Shown: positions 37,645 through 50,112 of the stretch, in pieces
Numbering within the stretch: position 1 is the first letter of the stretch
How the letters are laid out: each line of letters opens with the position of its first letter
From: Squalus acanthias
Taxonomy: Eukaryota
Direction: 5' to 3'
DNA: 64,000 bases
Assembly: GCA_030390025.1 (NCBI GenBank)
Contig: CM059438.1
Location: 65,598,001 to 65,662,000 of the forward strand
Notes under the pieces: generated by a model
Seen by the model: the letters and a program-made list of their open reading frames with translations, nothing else
The model's database searches: none
What the model was told of the DNA's origin: nothing
Made by a program: the position numbers and the translations under genes

Positions 37645-37696
37645 CTTCCTTTATGGCCAGTGAGCTCCCTTTAAACATCGATTTAAAGAATTCCAC
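37645..37696 (-). CDS. Internal exon of the host gene (VEFFKSMFKGSSLAIKE-G)
   Basis: Acceptor CTTCATCTCCATTCACAACAG, donor AAG|GTCAGT; 52 nt, phase 0 to 1, splices in frame to the exon starting at 32553. Confidence 0.65.
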
Positions 37697-38140
37697 CTGT
37701 TGTGAATGGAGATGAAGGTCAAAGATGATGCCCACTATAATGAAGCACAATTAATGCTGCACTTGCACAGGTGGCAACTGTGCAGGCAAAATTCATCTCA
37801 TATGGTGGGCATGCTTTACATTTTAGTAGGGGTCCAGAATGATGATCATACCATTTGTACATTCTGAAGCGCAGGTTTTTACAGCTCACAGTTACAATAG
37901 ATGTCAATGTAAAATTAACTTGTACAACACTAAAAATCTGTTTTATTTCATAACCTTTGGGTTATTTTATTTCATAACCATAATAGTGAAAAAGACAGTA
38001 AGAAAATTTCCCAACACAGGTAAAATTGAAGATGATCCCAGCCCGCCTTAATTGTGGAGGTACTTAACATGCGTCGTGACTGTCCATTACAGATTTTTAC
38101 TACATATAATGTAGAATGCCACTACTGCATACATAGTAAA

Positions 38141-38391
38141 AGTTCCTGCTCCTGATCCCTGTCCAGTAACCCCTGGCTTAGAGGGAGAGGGTGAATCAGC
38201 CCTGGTTCCTGCTCCTGATACATGTCCAATGACCCTTTTGTTCGGGAGGGGGTGTATCAGCCCGGGTTCCTGATTCTGATCCCTGTCCAGTGACCCCTGC
38301 ATTAGTGAGGGGGTGAATCAGCCCGAGTTCCTGCTCCTGATCCCTGTCCAGTGGCCCCTGGGTTAGGGATGGGGTGAATCAGCCCAGGTTC
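38141..38391. repeat. ~62-bp tandem repeat (GTTCCTGCTCCTGATCCCTGTCCAGT...GGTGAATCAGCCC), about 4 copies
   Basis: Four diverged head-to-tail units. Confidence 0.85.
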
Positions 38392-38923
38392 CTAATTTAA
38401 GGAAGGATATACTTGCATTGGAGGCAGTTCAGAGAAAGTTCACCAGGTTGATTCCTGAGTTGAAGGGGTTGTCTTATGAGGAAAGGTTGAGCAGATTGGG
38501 CCTATACTCATTGGAGTTTAGAAGAATGAGAGGTGATCTTATTAAAACATGTAAGATTCTGAGGGGGTTTGACAGGGTAGATGCAGGGAGGATGTTACCC
38601 CTCGTGGGGAAAACTAGAACTAGGGGCATAGTTTCAGAATAAGGGGTCGCCCATTTAAAACGGAGATGAGGAGGAATTTCTTCTCTCAGAGGGTCGTGAA
38701 TCTTTGGAATTCTCTACCCCAGAGAGCTGTGGAAGCTGAGTCGTTGAATATATTCAAGGCCGAGATAGACAGATTTTTGAAAAACAGGGGAATCAAGGGT
38801 TATGGGGGGTGGGCAGGAAAGTGGAGTTGAGGCCAAGATCAGATCAGCCATGATCTTATTGAATGGCGGAGCAGGCTCAAGGGGCCAAATGGCCTATTCC
38901 TGCTCCTATTTCTTATGTTCTTA
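38390..38923 (+). mobile_element. CR1 LINE 3' fragment
   Basis: EAVQRKFTRLIP..LYSLEFRRMRGDLI; CTTATGTT tail. Confidence 0.9.
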
Positions 38924-40607
38924 TAGTAAATCAGGTCAGTGCGCTGCCAGGCTTTTCCTTTCCTATATTCAAACTGAACGTGATGTGGAGGCTGAAACTT
39001 AACATTCAGCGAGTTATGTGTCAGGAGCAGCGATGTCACGCAAATTGTTCGCCCCACGCACTCGAACTGGAAGAGCTGGCAACACATAGCGAGGAGCTCT
39101 GTGATTTTTCATTCCATTCCCCTTTTCAAACATCTGCCACAGTGAGAATGGCATTGCTGAATTATTCTCCGGATTTGGTTCCAAATTGCCCGAATAGCGA
39201 TTTTATTTTTTGGGGGGGGACCAGAAAGGCCATTTGTAAAGGAGCGCAACTCCGACACGTGCCATCCTTTCAGTACAGTTTCTCGAAAATATATTCCCGT
39301 CATATCAGAGCAGCCTGATCGCTGCACGTATTGCGCCGATAACTAATGTACATCAGTTCGCTTTGTATGGATGTTTGTTGCAGGCAAGAAGCGCCAAGGT
39401 TTTATATTCCCTGTGACAGCATCCCAATGGAATATGTGTCTGTTATTGTTGCAGAAATAATTGTGATTGTGAAAACTGCCTTCGATGGTGGAGCCCGGAT
39501 CTACTGCTCCGCCACACTGGAGGGAACGCACACGTTTCGAAATTACAGGACAGCTCAATGTGCTCCCAACGCTGTGATTATTGAATGTCTCAGCTGAGAT
39601 CCCCAGCTGTATTTGTGAAGAAAGGACGGTCATCTACAACACGGTGAGTCCCGCAGGGGGATTTAGCAGTTCACTGTCATTCCATCCCAGCTTATTAGGA
39701 ATAAAATGGCTTCCATCTGTGTGCTGCAAATGACAATAAGGTGGGACTGCGTAATGATATTCATTGTTGTTGCCGGAGTTCAAAGGGACACAGGATTTAT
39801 TAGGCTGAGTAAACAACCAGCACATACTGGTTTCCTGTTAAAGGGAGGAACAGATAACGCTGTTGTGTGACGATCGAGGCAGACACTGAAATATGACCAT
39901 TTGGTAAAGACTGGCAAAGACAAAGTCATTTGAGTTATATGATTTTTTTTGGTCCCGCACACAGTGGAGGCCACTACCATGGTATCGAAAGAGTCTAAAA
40001 GTAGTTCTAACTCAATTTTGCCCCATAATACGATGCCGAAATAGACTTTTAACCCCAGCCTTAATGGTATTATTTCAATGCAAATAACGTAATAGAATTG
40101 CTTTTTTACAAAGACAACTCTTCTGGGCCAGCAGTATCCCTCAATTATTGACCTGACCAAGATCATAGCGTGTGAATATGAACTACTGTCAAGGCAGGGT
40201 GGTGGCCAGGTGAACTGGAGCCCCAATAAGAAAGAAGAAAGAAATACTTGCATTTATATAGTGCCTTTCATGACCACTGGACGTCCCAAAGCACTTTACA
40301 GCCAATGAAGTACTTTTTGAAGTGTAGTCACTGTTGTAATGTAGGAAATATATATGTCCATGCCTGAGACTCTCTGTGCACTTGAGTTTCCAATCTCAGC
40401 CATCCTATAGTGGAGAGGTGGCAAGCGGAGGGCAAGTGTGTTTCCCGCAGACTGAGGAAAATTGTCACTGGACCATTCAACAACAATCTCATATTTATGC
40501 AAAGCTCCTCACATTGGGAACAAGCTATCAAAGTGCAGAAATCTCTGATGTCAATCTGCAGTGCACTGATTTATCAAGCACCACACTGATGCATTGTTTA
40601 CCGGACA

Positions 40608-42228
40608 ACTCGCTGCATAAAAAAGTTTTCCTCATATTACCTTTGGTTCTTTTGTCAATCACCTTAAATCTGTGTCCACTGGTTCTCGACCCTTCTGCCA
40701 ATGGGAACAGTTTCTCTCTATCTACTCTGTCTAGACCCCTCATGATTTTGGACACCTATATCAAATCTCCTCTCAACCTTCTCTGCTCTAAGGAGAACAA
40801 CCCCAGCTTCTCCAGTCTATCCACGTAACTGAAATCCCTCATCCTTGGAATCATTCTTGTAAATCTTTTCTGCACCCTCTCTAAGGCCTTCACATCCTTC
40901 CTAAAGTGCGGTGCCCAGAATTGGACACAGTACTCCAGTTGAGGCCGAACCAGTGTTTTATAAAGGTTCATCATAACTTCCTTGCTTTTGTACTCTATGC
41001 CTCTATTTATGAAGGAGTTGTAACTCCGAAAGCTTGTGATTTAAAATAAAACTGTTGGACTATAACCTGGTGTTGTGCGACCTCTCTATTTATGAAGCCC
41101 AGGATCCCGTATGCTTTTTTAACTGCTTTCTCAACCTGCCCTGCCACCTTCAACGATATGTGCACATATACCCCCAGGTCTCTCTGTTCATGCACCCCCT
41201 TTAGAATTATACCCTTTAGTTTATATTGCCTCTCCTCGTTCTTCCTACCAAAATGTATCACTTCACACTTTTCTGCATTAAATTTCATCTGCCATGTGTC
41301 CGCCCATTTGACCAGCCTGTCTATGTCTTCTTGAAGTCTATCACTATCCTCCTCACTGTTCACTATACTTCCAATTTTTCTGTCATCTGCAAATTTTGAA
41401 ATTGTGCCCTGTACACCCACGTCCAAGTCATTAATCTATATCAAGAAAAGCAGTGGTCCTAGTACTGACCCCTGGGGAACACCACTGTGTACCTTCCTCC
41501 AGTCTGATAAACAACCGTTCACCACTACTCACTGATTCCTGTCACTTAGCCAATTTCGTATCCATGCTGCCACTGTCCCTTTTATTCCATGGGCTTCAAC
41601 TATGCTGGCAAACCTATTATGTGTCACTTTTTCAAACGCCTTTTGGAAGTCCATGTACACCACATCAACTGCATTGCCCTCATCAACCCTCTCTGTTATC
41701 TCATCAACAAACTAATCAAGTTAGTTAAACATGATTCGCCTTTAACAAATCTGTGCTGGCTTTCCTTAATTAATCCACACTTGTCCAAGAGACTGTTAAT
41801 TTTGTCCCGGAATATCATTTCTAAAAGCTTTCCCACTACCGAGGTTAAACTGACTGGCCTGTAATTGCTGGGTTTATCCTTGCACCCTTTTTTGAACAAG
41901 GGTGTAACAATTGCAATTCTCCAGTCCTCTGGCACCACCCCCCGTATCCAATTGGAAGATTATGGCCAGTACCTCTGCAAATTCCACGTTTACTTCCCTC
42001 AGCATGCTAGGATGCATCCCATCCAGTCCTGGTGACTTATCTACTTTAAGTACAGCCAGCCTTTCTAGTACCTCCTCTTTATCAATTTTTATCCCATCCA
42101 GTATCTCAACTACATCTTCTTTCACTATGACTTTGGCAGCATCTTCTTCCTTGGTAAAGACAGATGCAAAGTACTCATTTAGTACCTCAGCCATGCCCTC
42201 TGCCTCCATGCGTAGGTCTCCATTTTGG
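40608..42228 (-). mobile_element. CR1 LINE (RT domain to near 3' end)
   Basis: NYRPVSLTSVVGK, ISKFADD, LVRPQLEYCVQFW motifs across frameshifted ORFs. Confidence 0.92.
41015..41083 (+). mobile_element. Penelope-like terminal fragment with a truncated hammerhead motif, nested in CR1
   Basis: 14-bp TSD CTCTATTTATGAAG (41001-41014, 41084-41097); TGA-A-GGAGT-TGTA-ACTCC-GAAA-GCTT followed by AATAAA. Confidence 0.7.
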
Positions 42229-43225
42229 CCAAAGGGTGAAAACAGGTGCTAAACGGGTGCTGTGCTAATAAGAAACGCGTGTTTGAAAGTCTGGATTTAG
42301 CGCGCAATTTTTGGATTAATTGGTGATTACCATGATTTAGACGTGCCTGCAGGCGCTGAAACTGACAACTGCAAGTTCAGCACTCAAGTGCTGAATAGAC
42401 ACAACTTTCCTGGAGCTGTATATGTGGAGGTGTGGAGTGTGCTGGCTGGGAGAGAAGCCAATGTGGAAGGATGTCTCAGGTACCTAGTGAGAGGGCACCC
42501 AGGTTCTCGATCGAGGCCCTGGAGGAGGTCCAGAGGAGGAGGGTTGTCCTGTACCCACAGGGGGGATGGAGTTCACCTCGCCCTCCTGTCCCTCTCTCCT
42601 GCAGCAGCTGGTGCTGCTCTGCCTGGCCTCATGTCCTCCTCCCATTCCTCCACCAGACCAAGGGGGACTCCTAGCAAGATGCCGATGACCAAGCACTCAC
42701 TCTCTCCTGTTGACTCCTATAAGGTGTCCAATAAGGTAGAGTGGCACAGCAGTTACTCTTTTTAGGTAAACTCCTCAGAGAATTTCCAGAATAAATGTTG
42801 ATAAAGTGTTGTTGAAATCTTGACAAAGTGACCTAAAAAGTCTCCCATGTGTTTCAATAGTCCTTTTTAAACCTCCAGCAGCAAGTGAACAGTAAAAGGT
42901 GATATACCTTTAAGTAGCGCTTGAAATCCTCTGCAGTGACTACTTTACTCCCAATCAGCTGGTCGCTGTTAGGAGAGGGCGTTAGTTCAAGTGCTAGCCA
43001 CCAAAATGCCGTGCAGTCTCCTTAATGAGCGCTAGCAGGCAATTTAAATGGCAATCAGCTGCTTAATGATCCTTCGGGTGACCGTTCCTAGCGCAGGCTT
43101 GAACTCCTTTACCAAGATGGCGTCTTGCGCTCAGCGTGGGCTAAACTGCCGTTTCAGCTTAAGACCCCAACTTGGCCACCTCGGAGGCTCTTCAGAGCCT
43201 AAAGCTTCTGGGGTAAATCGTCCCC
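42229..43225. mobile_element. Degenerate Harbinger derivative M (left end lost at the CR1 junction)
   Basis: Myb N-terminal remnant ERAPRFSIEALEEVQRRRVVLYP at ~42490; TIR-like right end GTAAATCGTCCCC. Confidence 0.6.
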
Positions 43226-44041
43226 GTCAGATTCTCACATTTAGAGTTTGAAATGAGGATGGAGGGTGCAGTGCAAGGAGATTGGAGGAGACAGCTGGTA
43301 GAGGAGTTTGGTTGCTCCAGCTCTTCAGGATGGTGCTCCTTGTCATAGTCATACAAGATCTGATGGTGAAGAGCCAGGCCTGTCACACAACAAATGTGTT
43401 AAAGTTCTCGGCCAATGGATTTGAAGTTACAGTGATGACTATTTCATTTCATTCATTCAACATTCAAGAAGCATTTAGATGAGCACTTGAAACGCCATAG
43501 CATACAAGGCTACGGACCAAGTGCTGGAAAATGGGATTAGAATAGACAGGGCTTGATGGCCGGTGTGGACACGATGGGCCGAAGGGCCTCTTTCTGTGCT
43601 GTATAACTCTATGACTATGACTCTATTGTGGAAGCAATGGAAATGGGAGATAAGCCAGGATCTGGTGAAGAGGGGGTTGTTAAAGATGGAGGTGGGACAA
43701 TTGTGCAGATGATCAAAGGAGTAATCAGTGTTGTGCTGGGTTGTAGGTCACAGGATGTGGAGGTGGGAGTTTAAGGGCATTCTTAGGAGGGAATTGGGAG
43801 GTCTATATCCAGTGATGGAAAGTGAGGGTGGCGGGCTATGAGGTGGTCAGGAGGGCCTTGTAGGCAATGGAGACTTTAGAGATCTTAAGACCATGAGTGA
43901 TTAAAAGGCTGAGAAGCTGGCTACATTGTCAAAAAGGTGAGAGAAAGGTTAAGGAAAGTAATGAGGAAAAGACAAGGGAGAATGAGTTTAGGTGGAGAGT
44001 GAAGTTACCCAGGATGAGAAGATGATCCGAACAGAGAATAA

Positions 44042-47000
44042 GGGCTCAATTTTGCCAGGCCCGAGGAGACGGGATTGGAGGTGTGTGAGGTGGTAAAATC
44101 GCAAAAAAATGGCAGACAGGCCCGATCCCGGCTCCATCCCGCCTCCGAGCAATTTTCCCAAATGCGTGTTTTCTGACCCCGATTCCATCCCGCCTCCAAG
44201 AGGTGGGATAGGCCCTTAAGGCCCTTAACAACCAGTTAAGTGCCTCTATAATCCCATTTTGAGAGGCCTTTCTGATTTTGCCACTTTTCCCACGTCCTGC
44301 ACGTCTCCTCTGGAACACGCCAGTGAATCCTGGCGGCCTCACAAGTGGACTGCTTACTAACAGCAGCAGCTCCACCATTAAAAAGGAGTTTTCAGCAATC
44401 ATCATTTGCAGGTGGCAGAACTTTGTTGTCTCAGGTCTGGGGGAACTTTTAGCAGGCATACCCATTGTTGTGGAAGTTTGGAGCCTGACACCCATCTCCA
44501 GTGTGACCTCCTGGGTAACCCCTCTCGCCACCTTGACTGAGCGCTTCCTCAACTGAGGCATTTACCAGAAGCATGGGAACCATTTCTTTCCTTTCCTCCT
44601 GGACATCAGATTCGGATGAAGACCAGCCGCGGCAGCAGCAGAACCATGAACAACAGCACCACCAACAGCAGCAGCAACAACAGGAGCGCCAAGCTGCTGC
44701 TCACCCACCTGAAGCTGCACAGGCCAGAAGGCGCCAGTGCGCGACCACATTGCTGCTTGGGATGCAAGGGACGCACTCATCTTGGCCAGATTTGCTTAGC
44801 CTGCGCAATCAAACACTTTTGCCTCGCACCTTCTTATCAGACCATCGACAATGGCCAAGAACCTGCGGATTCCTATCACTCTGACCATCATACTGACAAT
44901 TGCAAGTCGCCCTAAGCCCTCAATGTGGAAGTCCCATTAGCGAAATGACACACGCCACAACTTCAACAGTTTGCTATCAGAATTTTTTATGACAACAAGC
45001 AACTGATGGCTTTTCAACATTAAACACAACATTACACCCAAGTGACTACCCTTGTGACTACTTGAGCATTATCTTCCTCCTACGTGTGCTCCTACGTGGT
45101 GCTTCCCCTGTGGCTTCAGCAGATGTGGAGGTCCCTTGCTCACTTTCTTGCTGCTCCTGTCTCGACACCTTTGGCGGGCATCCTCTGGGGTTGCGAACCT
45201 GTGAGGGCTCGGCAACAGTCTGCTGCTCCTACGGCTGTGCAGGGGTTGAGACGCCGATATCAGTTGGGTGGGGACTCTGGTGGGGCTCTGACTGAGGGCT
45301 CTGCAGTGGCATGGTCATGTGAGCGCTTGGAGAGGAGCCCGCACTTCTTTGTTGTATGCCACCAACATCCCTCTCATGGGACAGCCCCACTTCAGAGCTA
45401 GCAAGTGGCTTGACTGCACCTTGCTGCACTGCAGGGGGGCGACGAGGACCCGTTTCTGCACTGGAAGTCCTACTCCAGAGGACTTGTATGAAGGTCTGGT
45501 TTGTTTTCTCATTAGCTGACCATCGCTCCTCAAGAGATGTCAGTCTACTCTGAACAATTACCATGTTTTCCATACCCTGGCGACTAAGCTCCTCCATGGA
45601 CTTAGCCATCCTCTCCTCTACTGTAGCCATCCTCTCCTCTACAGTAGCCAGCCTTAACCATGGAGGTAGCCATCCTTTCCAAGGAGGTTGCCATCCTTTT
45701 CGTGGTGATGCGTTCATGCGCCAATGCCTCCACAAAGGCTCTGCTCATGTTAGCGATGGACTCCTCCATTCGCTCCACAATCGCAGCGACCCTGGAGACA
45801 AAACCTGCCAGAGACTCCTGCACCTGTTCCTGGAGTTCCAGCAGTGCTCTCCTTCTGGATGGACCCGGAGGCACAGGGTCGACATGCAGCGGAGCCGAGC
45901 TGGGAGCGTCCTCTCCACTGCGATGAGGACTCTCCACTGCTGTCCCTGTCTCCACCATCTGCTGATGCTCACTTGTGAGCTGTGATACACCAGGTGACAA
46001 CTCTACTCTATGTCCTGAAGGTCCCACCGAGGTGTGAGTGTCTGCGTTGGTGCAGGGTGCGCTTAATTCTGCTGACGGAGCGCCCTCAGAGGTTACAGCT
46101 TCACTGAGGAGTCTGGAAGCTCAGGCTCTTCCTCCTGGACAGTGGGGACGGGGGCTCTCGATGGTCCTGTGGGGGAGTAAAGGAAAGAGTTCAAGATGTG
46201 AGGTAAAGGTTGCATGCACATTGAATTGTGCAGATGATCATAAGTCAAGTTAGAGCATCAGAATCATTATCAGTCACTCATGCAATATCAATGAGAGAGA
46301 TGCCAAACTATTCTGTCACCAGCTTGCTGTGATGTGCCCGGCTGTCCGTCCCCGCAATTTCCAGGGCCGCCTCCTCTGAGGTGGTGAGCTGGGCTATTGA
46401 GGGTGGCCCTCCTCCTGTCCTCGCTCTTTCCCTCTTATTGTGGGCTCTCTTTTCCTGCAATGAGGGACACAAGTGGAGTTTGAGTGAGAATGAAGGAGTG
46501 AGTGTAGAGAATCCATAGCATAGATGCTTAGAAGGAGACAAAGGGCCCTCCCTGTGTGTTGTAAGTTGTTGTCATTGCGTCACAGTAATAGGGAGTGTGA
46601 GGGCTGCATGGTCAAATAGTTAAGTGAATGTGACCATAGAGAAAGAGGGAATGGGTAAGGGTGCAGGAATGTCAGTGTCAAGTGGGATGTGGAGGAAGAG
46701 GTTGGAAAAGCAGAGTGCTGGTGAGAAGAGGCGATGGGGATTAGATTGAGGGTGATGAGAAAGTCATACTCACTTTTCCTGTGCGGAGAAGATCATGAAA
46801 CCTCTTCCTGCACTGCAGCCAGGTTCTGCGGCACATAGAGATGGCATTGACCTCCTGGGCCACTTGCAGCCACACAGCTTTAGTCTGTTGTGGTGGCTTT
46901 TTTCTCCCTGAGGAAGGGAAGAGCACCTCCTTATTAGATCTTGCTCCCTGCACCAGAGCTTGGAGGGAGGGCTCATCAAAGCGAGGTGCACACTTTTGCT

Positions 47001-47294
47001 TGCTGGTGGACATGGTCGGTAAATGAAGTCTTTCATACAATGTCCAAAGCGTTTCCAGTCTCCAGAAGAAGCAAGGCTGCTTGCAGGCCTTAAATCCAGC
47101 AGCACTGATGATGTCATTGGAGGCGACCTTCAGGATGGAAAGACTCATTGGGCCAGGGGTTCCCACACGCTGGAAATCAAGTGCCCAATTAGGGGAAAAT
47201 CGCACTTTTTTCCCACTTCACATCGGAGTCGGGGGTCCTGACACGAAAACCACCTGACACGCCTCAGCCCGACCCCAATGGCAAAATCCAGCCC
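44042..47294. mobile_element. Harbinger copy E (transposase core deleted; Myb gene retained on -)
   Basis: TIRs GGGCTCAATTTTGCC / GGCAAAATCCAGCCC with canonical TSD TAA (44039-44041, 47295-47297); inverted homologue of copy A. Confidence 0.92.
45062..47013 (-). pseudogene. Harbinger Myb/SANT accessory gene (3 exons; exon 1 = 47013-46774)
   Basis: MSTSKQKCAPRFDEPSL..RRTWLQCRKRFHDLL; exon 1 is 240 nt, as in copy A; EKRAHNKRERARTGGGPP exon 2; frameshift in exon 3; 3' end approximate. Confidence 0.85.
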
Positions 47295-48274
47295 TAAGAG
47301 TGGAAAGATTTTTTGTGCTGAAGGTACTTTGAACCTAAGGTGAGGGTAGATAAAGAATATTTTGAAGAAGGGGTGATAAAAGGTGAGATACTTGAACATA
47401 GAGCAATGATCTTAAACAGACCACCAAGGTTAGCACCTGAACATCACAACTGTGCTCCAGACCATCTGCCAGCAACACCACAGGAGATCAGATAGATCCA
47501 CTTTCAAAACAAAAACACCGGCTAGTAATACACAGCAGGTCTGATAGCATCTGAAAAGAGAAAAGATGGGTTAACATTTCGCATGGAGACCCTTCAGCAG
47601 CACCTGCCACCTACCATGTGTTGCCATTTCTCTTTAATTATGGAACAAAAACCAAACGTAATACACCGGTTCTAATGCACGTGATCGCCAAATTGTGGAA
47701 ATGAAGATCATTTTATTAAATCAGGTGACAAAAAGAAATTGTAATGATGTAAAATTCTTTCAACGCTTAATCTTGGGTTACAAATCTGCAGCCATTAAAA
47801 TGATGCAAGTTATATGTGTAGAAGGCATAGTTAGCGTGTTATGCAAAAAAATCTCCATCTGTAGGGATGACTGTACCTCATCCCTGTCTTTATAACTGAT
47901 AATTATAACTTGAAGAGCTTCCGCTCTTTAGTTATTTTCTGTTTACATTGATCCAATTGGTTAGCATATATAGAGATATGATATGATTTTTACTGTGATA
48001 TTTTTCTTTCATATGTATGAAGATGCTAGATTTTGGAAACGATTTGAAGTTCAATGTATTCATAAACTATCCATGTGCTGGAGAACAAAGATTGTCTTTG
48101 TAACCCCACAGCTAGCAGCGAATGCACAACACACTGGGGCTACATCCAGGCCTTTGTTACATCAGAACCTCTCCGATAACTGAATTATATCTGAATCTTT
48201 AATATGATTTTTAAGCCTTATTAATATCTCTAATTATTTACAGAAAACATAGCAGATTCTCATTTGTTAATCTT

Positions 48275-48808
48275 CGTAAACTTGAGGTCACCCAAAACTC
48301 TGCTGCCTGTGTCCTAACTTGCACCAAGTCCCGTTCACCCATCACTCCTGTGCTCGCTGACCTACATTGGCTCCCGGTTAGGCAACGCCTTGATTTTAAA
48401 ATTCTCATCCTTGCTTTCAAATCCCTCCATGGCCTCGCCCCTCCCTACCTCTGTAACTTCCTCTCGCCCCACAACCCTCCGAGATATCTGCACTCCTCTA
48501 ATTCTGGCCTCTTGAGCATCCCCTATTTTAATTGTTCCAGCATTGGTGGCCATGCCTTCAGCTGCCCAGGCCCTGAGCTCTGGAATTCCCTCCCTAAACC
48601 TCTCCGCCTCTCTACCTCTCTTTCCTCCTTGAAGACGCTCCTTAAAACTTACCTGTTTGACCAAGCTTTTGGCCATCTGCCCTAATATCTTCTTATGTGG
48701 CTCGGTGTCAAATTTTGTTTAATAACGCTCCTGTGAAGCATCTTGGGACGTTTTACTATGTTAATGGCGCTAGATAAATACAGGTTGTTATTGTTGTTGT
48801 TGTTGTTA
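48275..48808 (+). mobile_element. L2-clade LINE 3' fragment
   Basis: LHWLPVRQRLDFKIL..APPYL..LWNSLP..LKTYLF; tail GGCGCTAGATAAATAC + (GTT)n. Confidence 0.88.
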
Positions 48809-50112
48809 CAATATCTATCCAATGGATGAGAGACCACTGGGATGTATTCAGTAGACATCTGCCATCTGCCCTCTGTTCATATTGGACCATATCTGTGTAG
48901 AAATGAAGACTCGTATTTTTCCACTGGACACATTCCCCGATAGGTTACTCTATATTTCCATAAAGTCTCCCTTTAATTATGGAACTACATAATACAATGG
49001 TTTAGAAGGATTATAAAATGGATCTATTTATTTTCCTCTATGAATCTGACTCTAATTAATTAACTTGATGGCCTGATCCGAGTCTACAAGAGTGTCTGTA
49101 AACAGATCCGTCTGTCAGTGCCGCAGACCGATGTGATGTGGATTTGCCTGTACCATCCCTCACACAGCTGAGTTTCATATCTCAGTTACATTGTTGTGGG
49201 GAAGGAGAGGCGAAATCACTTTCAGACACCAGTGAGTAAGTGACCAGCTCACAGTAGTGTGGACAGTGGTCTAAGAGCAAGACTTCTACCAAAGCTCCTC
49301 GAGAACAATTGACCTGTAGTCCAGAGAGACTGGAGAAAAAGGAAGAAGAAAACACCTTTTAAAATTAAAGGATCATACCTTTAAGATAAAACAGAAAGCA
49401 TATACATGGAGTATGCACTGTGCTACAGACCGAGTCAAATCTCAGCCTCAGCCCACATTCAGTCCTTGGAAATGCCAGACTTGACGATGTTGGGAAATGT
49501 TCCATGAGGAAGGTAATACTGGAGACAGGGGAATTAATCACACGGACACACATCCAATAACTACTAACACCATTGGTGCCACTCCAAAGGCAGATGTGGC
49601 CATCCAGCTGTTTCTATTGGAGAGGATCAATAGGATGGGTAACTGGGGATTTTTTTTCTTTAAGAAAGATGTTGAATATTCACTCAGTATCTCGCACTTT
49701 TTTTAAAATTCAAACCATTATTTATGTTCTCAACCATCTGCACTGACTTTGTAAAGTGCCAGTTGTTTATCACACACATCTGCAGTCATTCCAAACTGCA
49801 TTCATCATATTTCCAACAGGGTGTGAGTCAATGCACAGAATGTAAAGCAAAAGACAGGAAATGGTGGAAATTAGACAATAATGGATCGCCAGTCACAAAC
49901 CATCAAGCACATGGATCTGTATTTATTTCTCCCGGGGGAACTCCTAAAGATCAACTGTGGGAATTAGGCATAGCTGGTGTAGGATAGATTTTTTCACACT
50001 TGTGTGTCAGCGTTTGAGTTCCATATGTATCCAGTAAGGCCCTCAGGAATTCCTACTGAATAGAAATTTACATTCTTGCTGGCAAGAAGCTTGGAGGTAG
50101 ATATATGTTTGT

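Noticed and set aside
39780..40253. 157-aa minus-strand ORF
   Set aside because: Starts inside a SINE tail, with no domain signal and no convincing splice context
49377..49519. AG/GT-bounded candidate exon (-)
   Set aside because: Only one open frame, with an implausible peptide; its phase does not link to the 37696 exon
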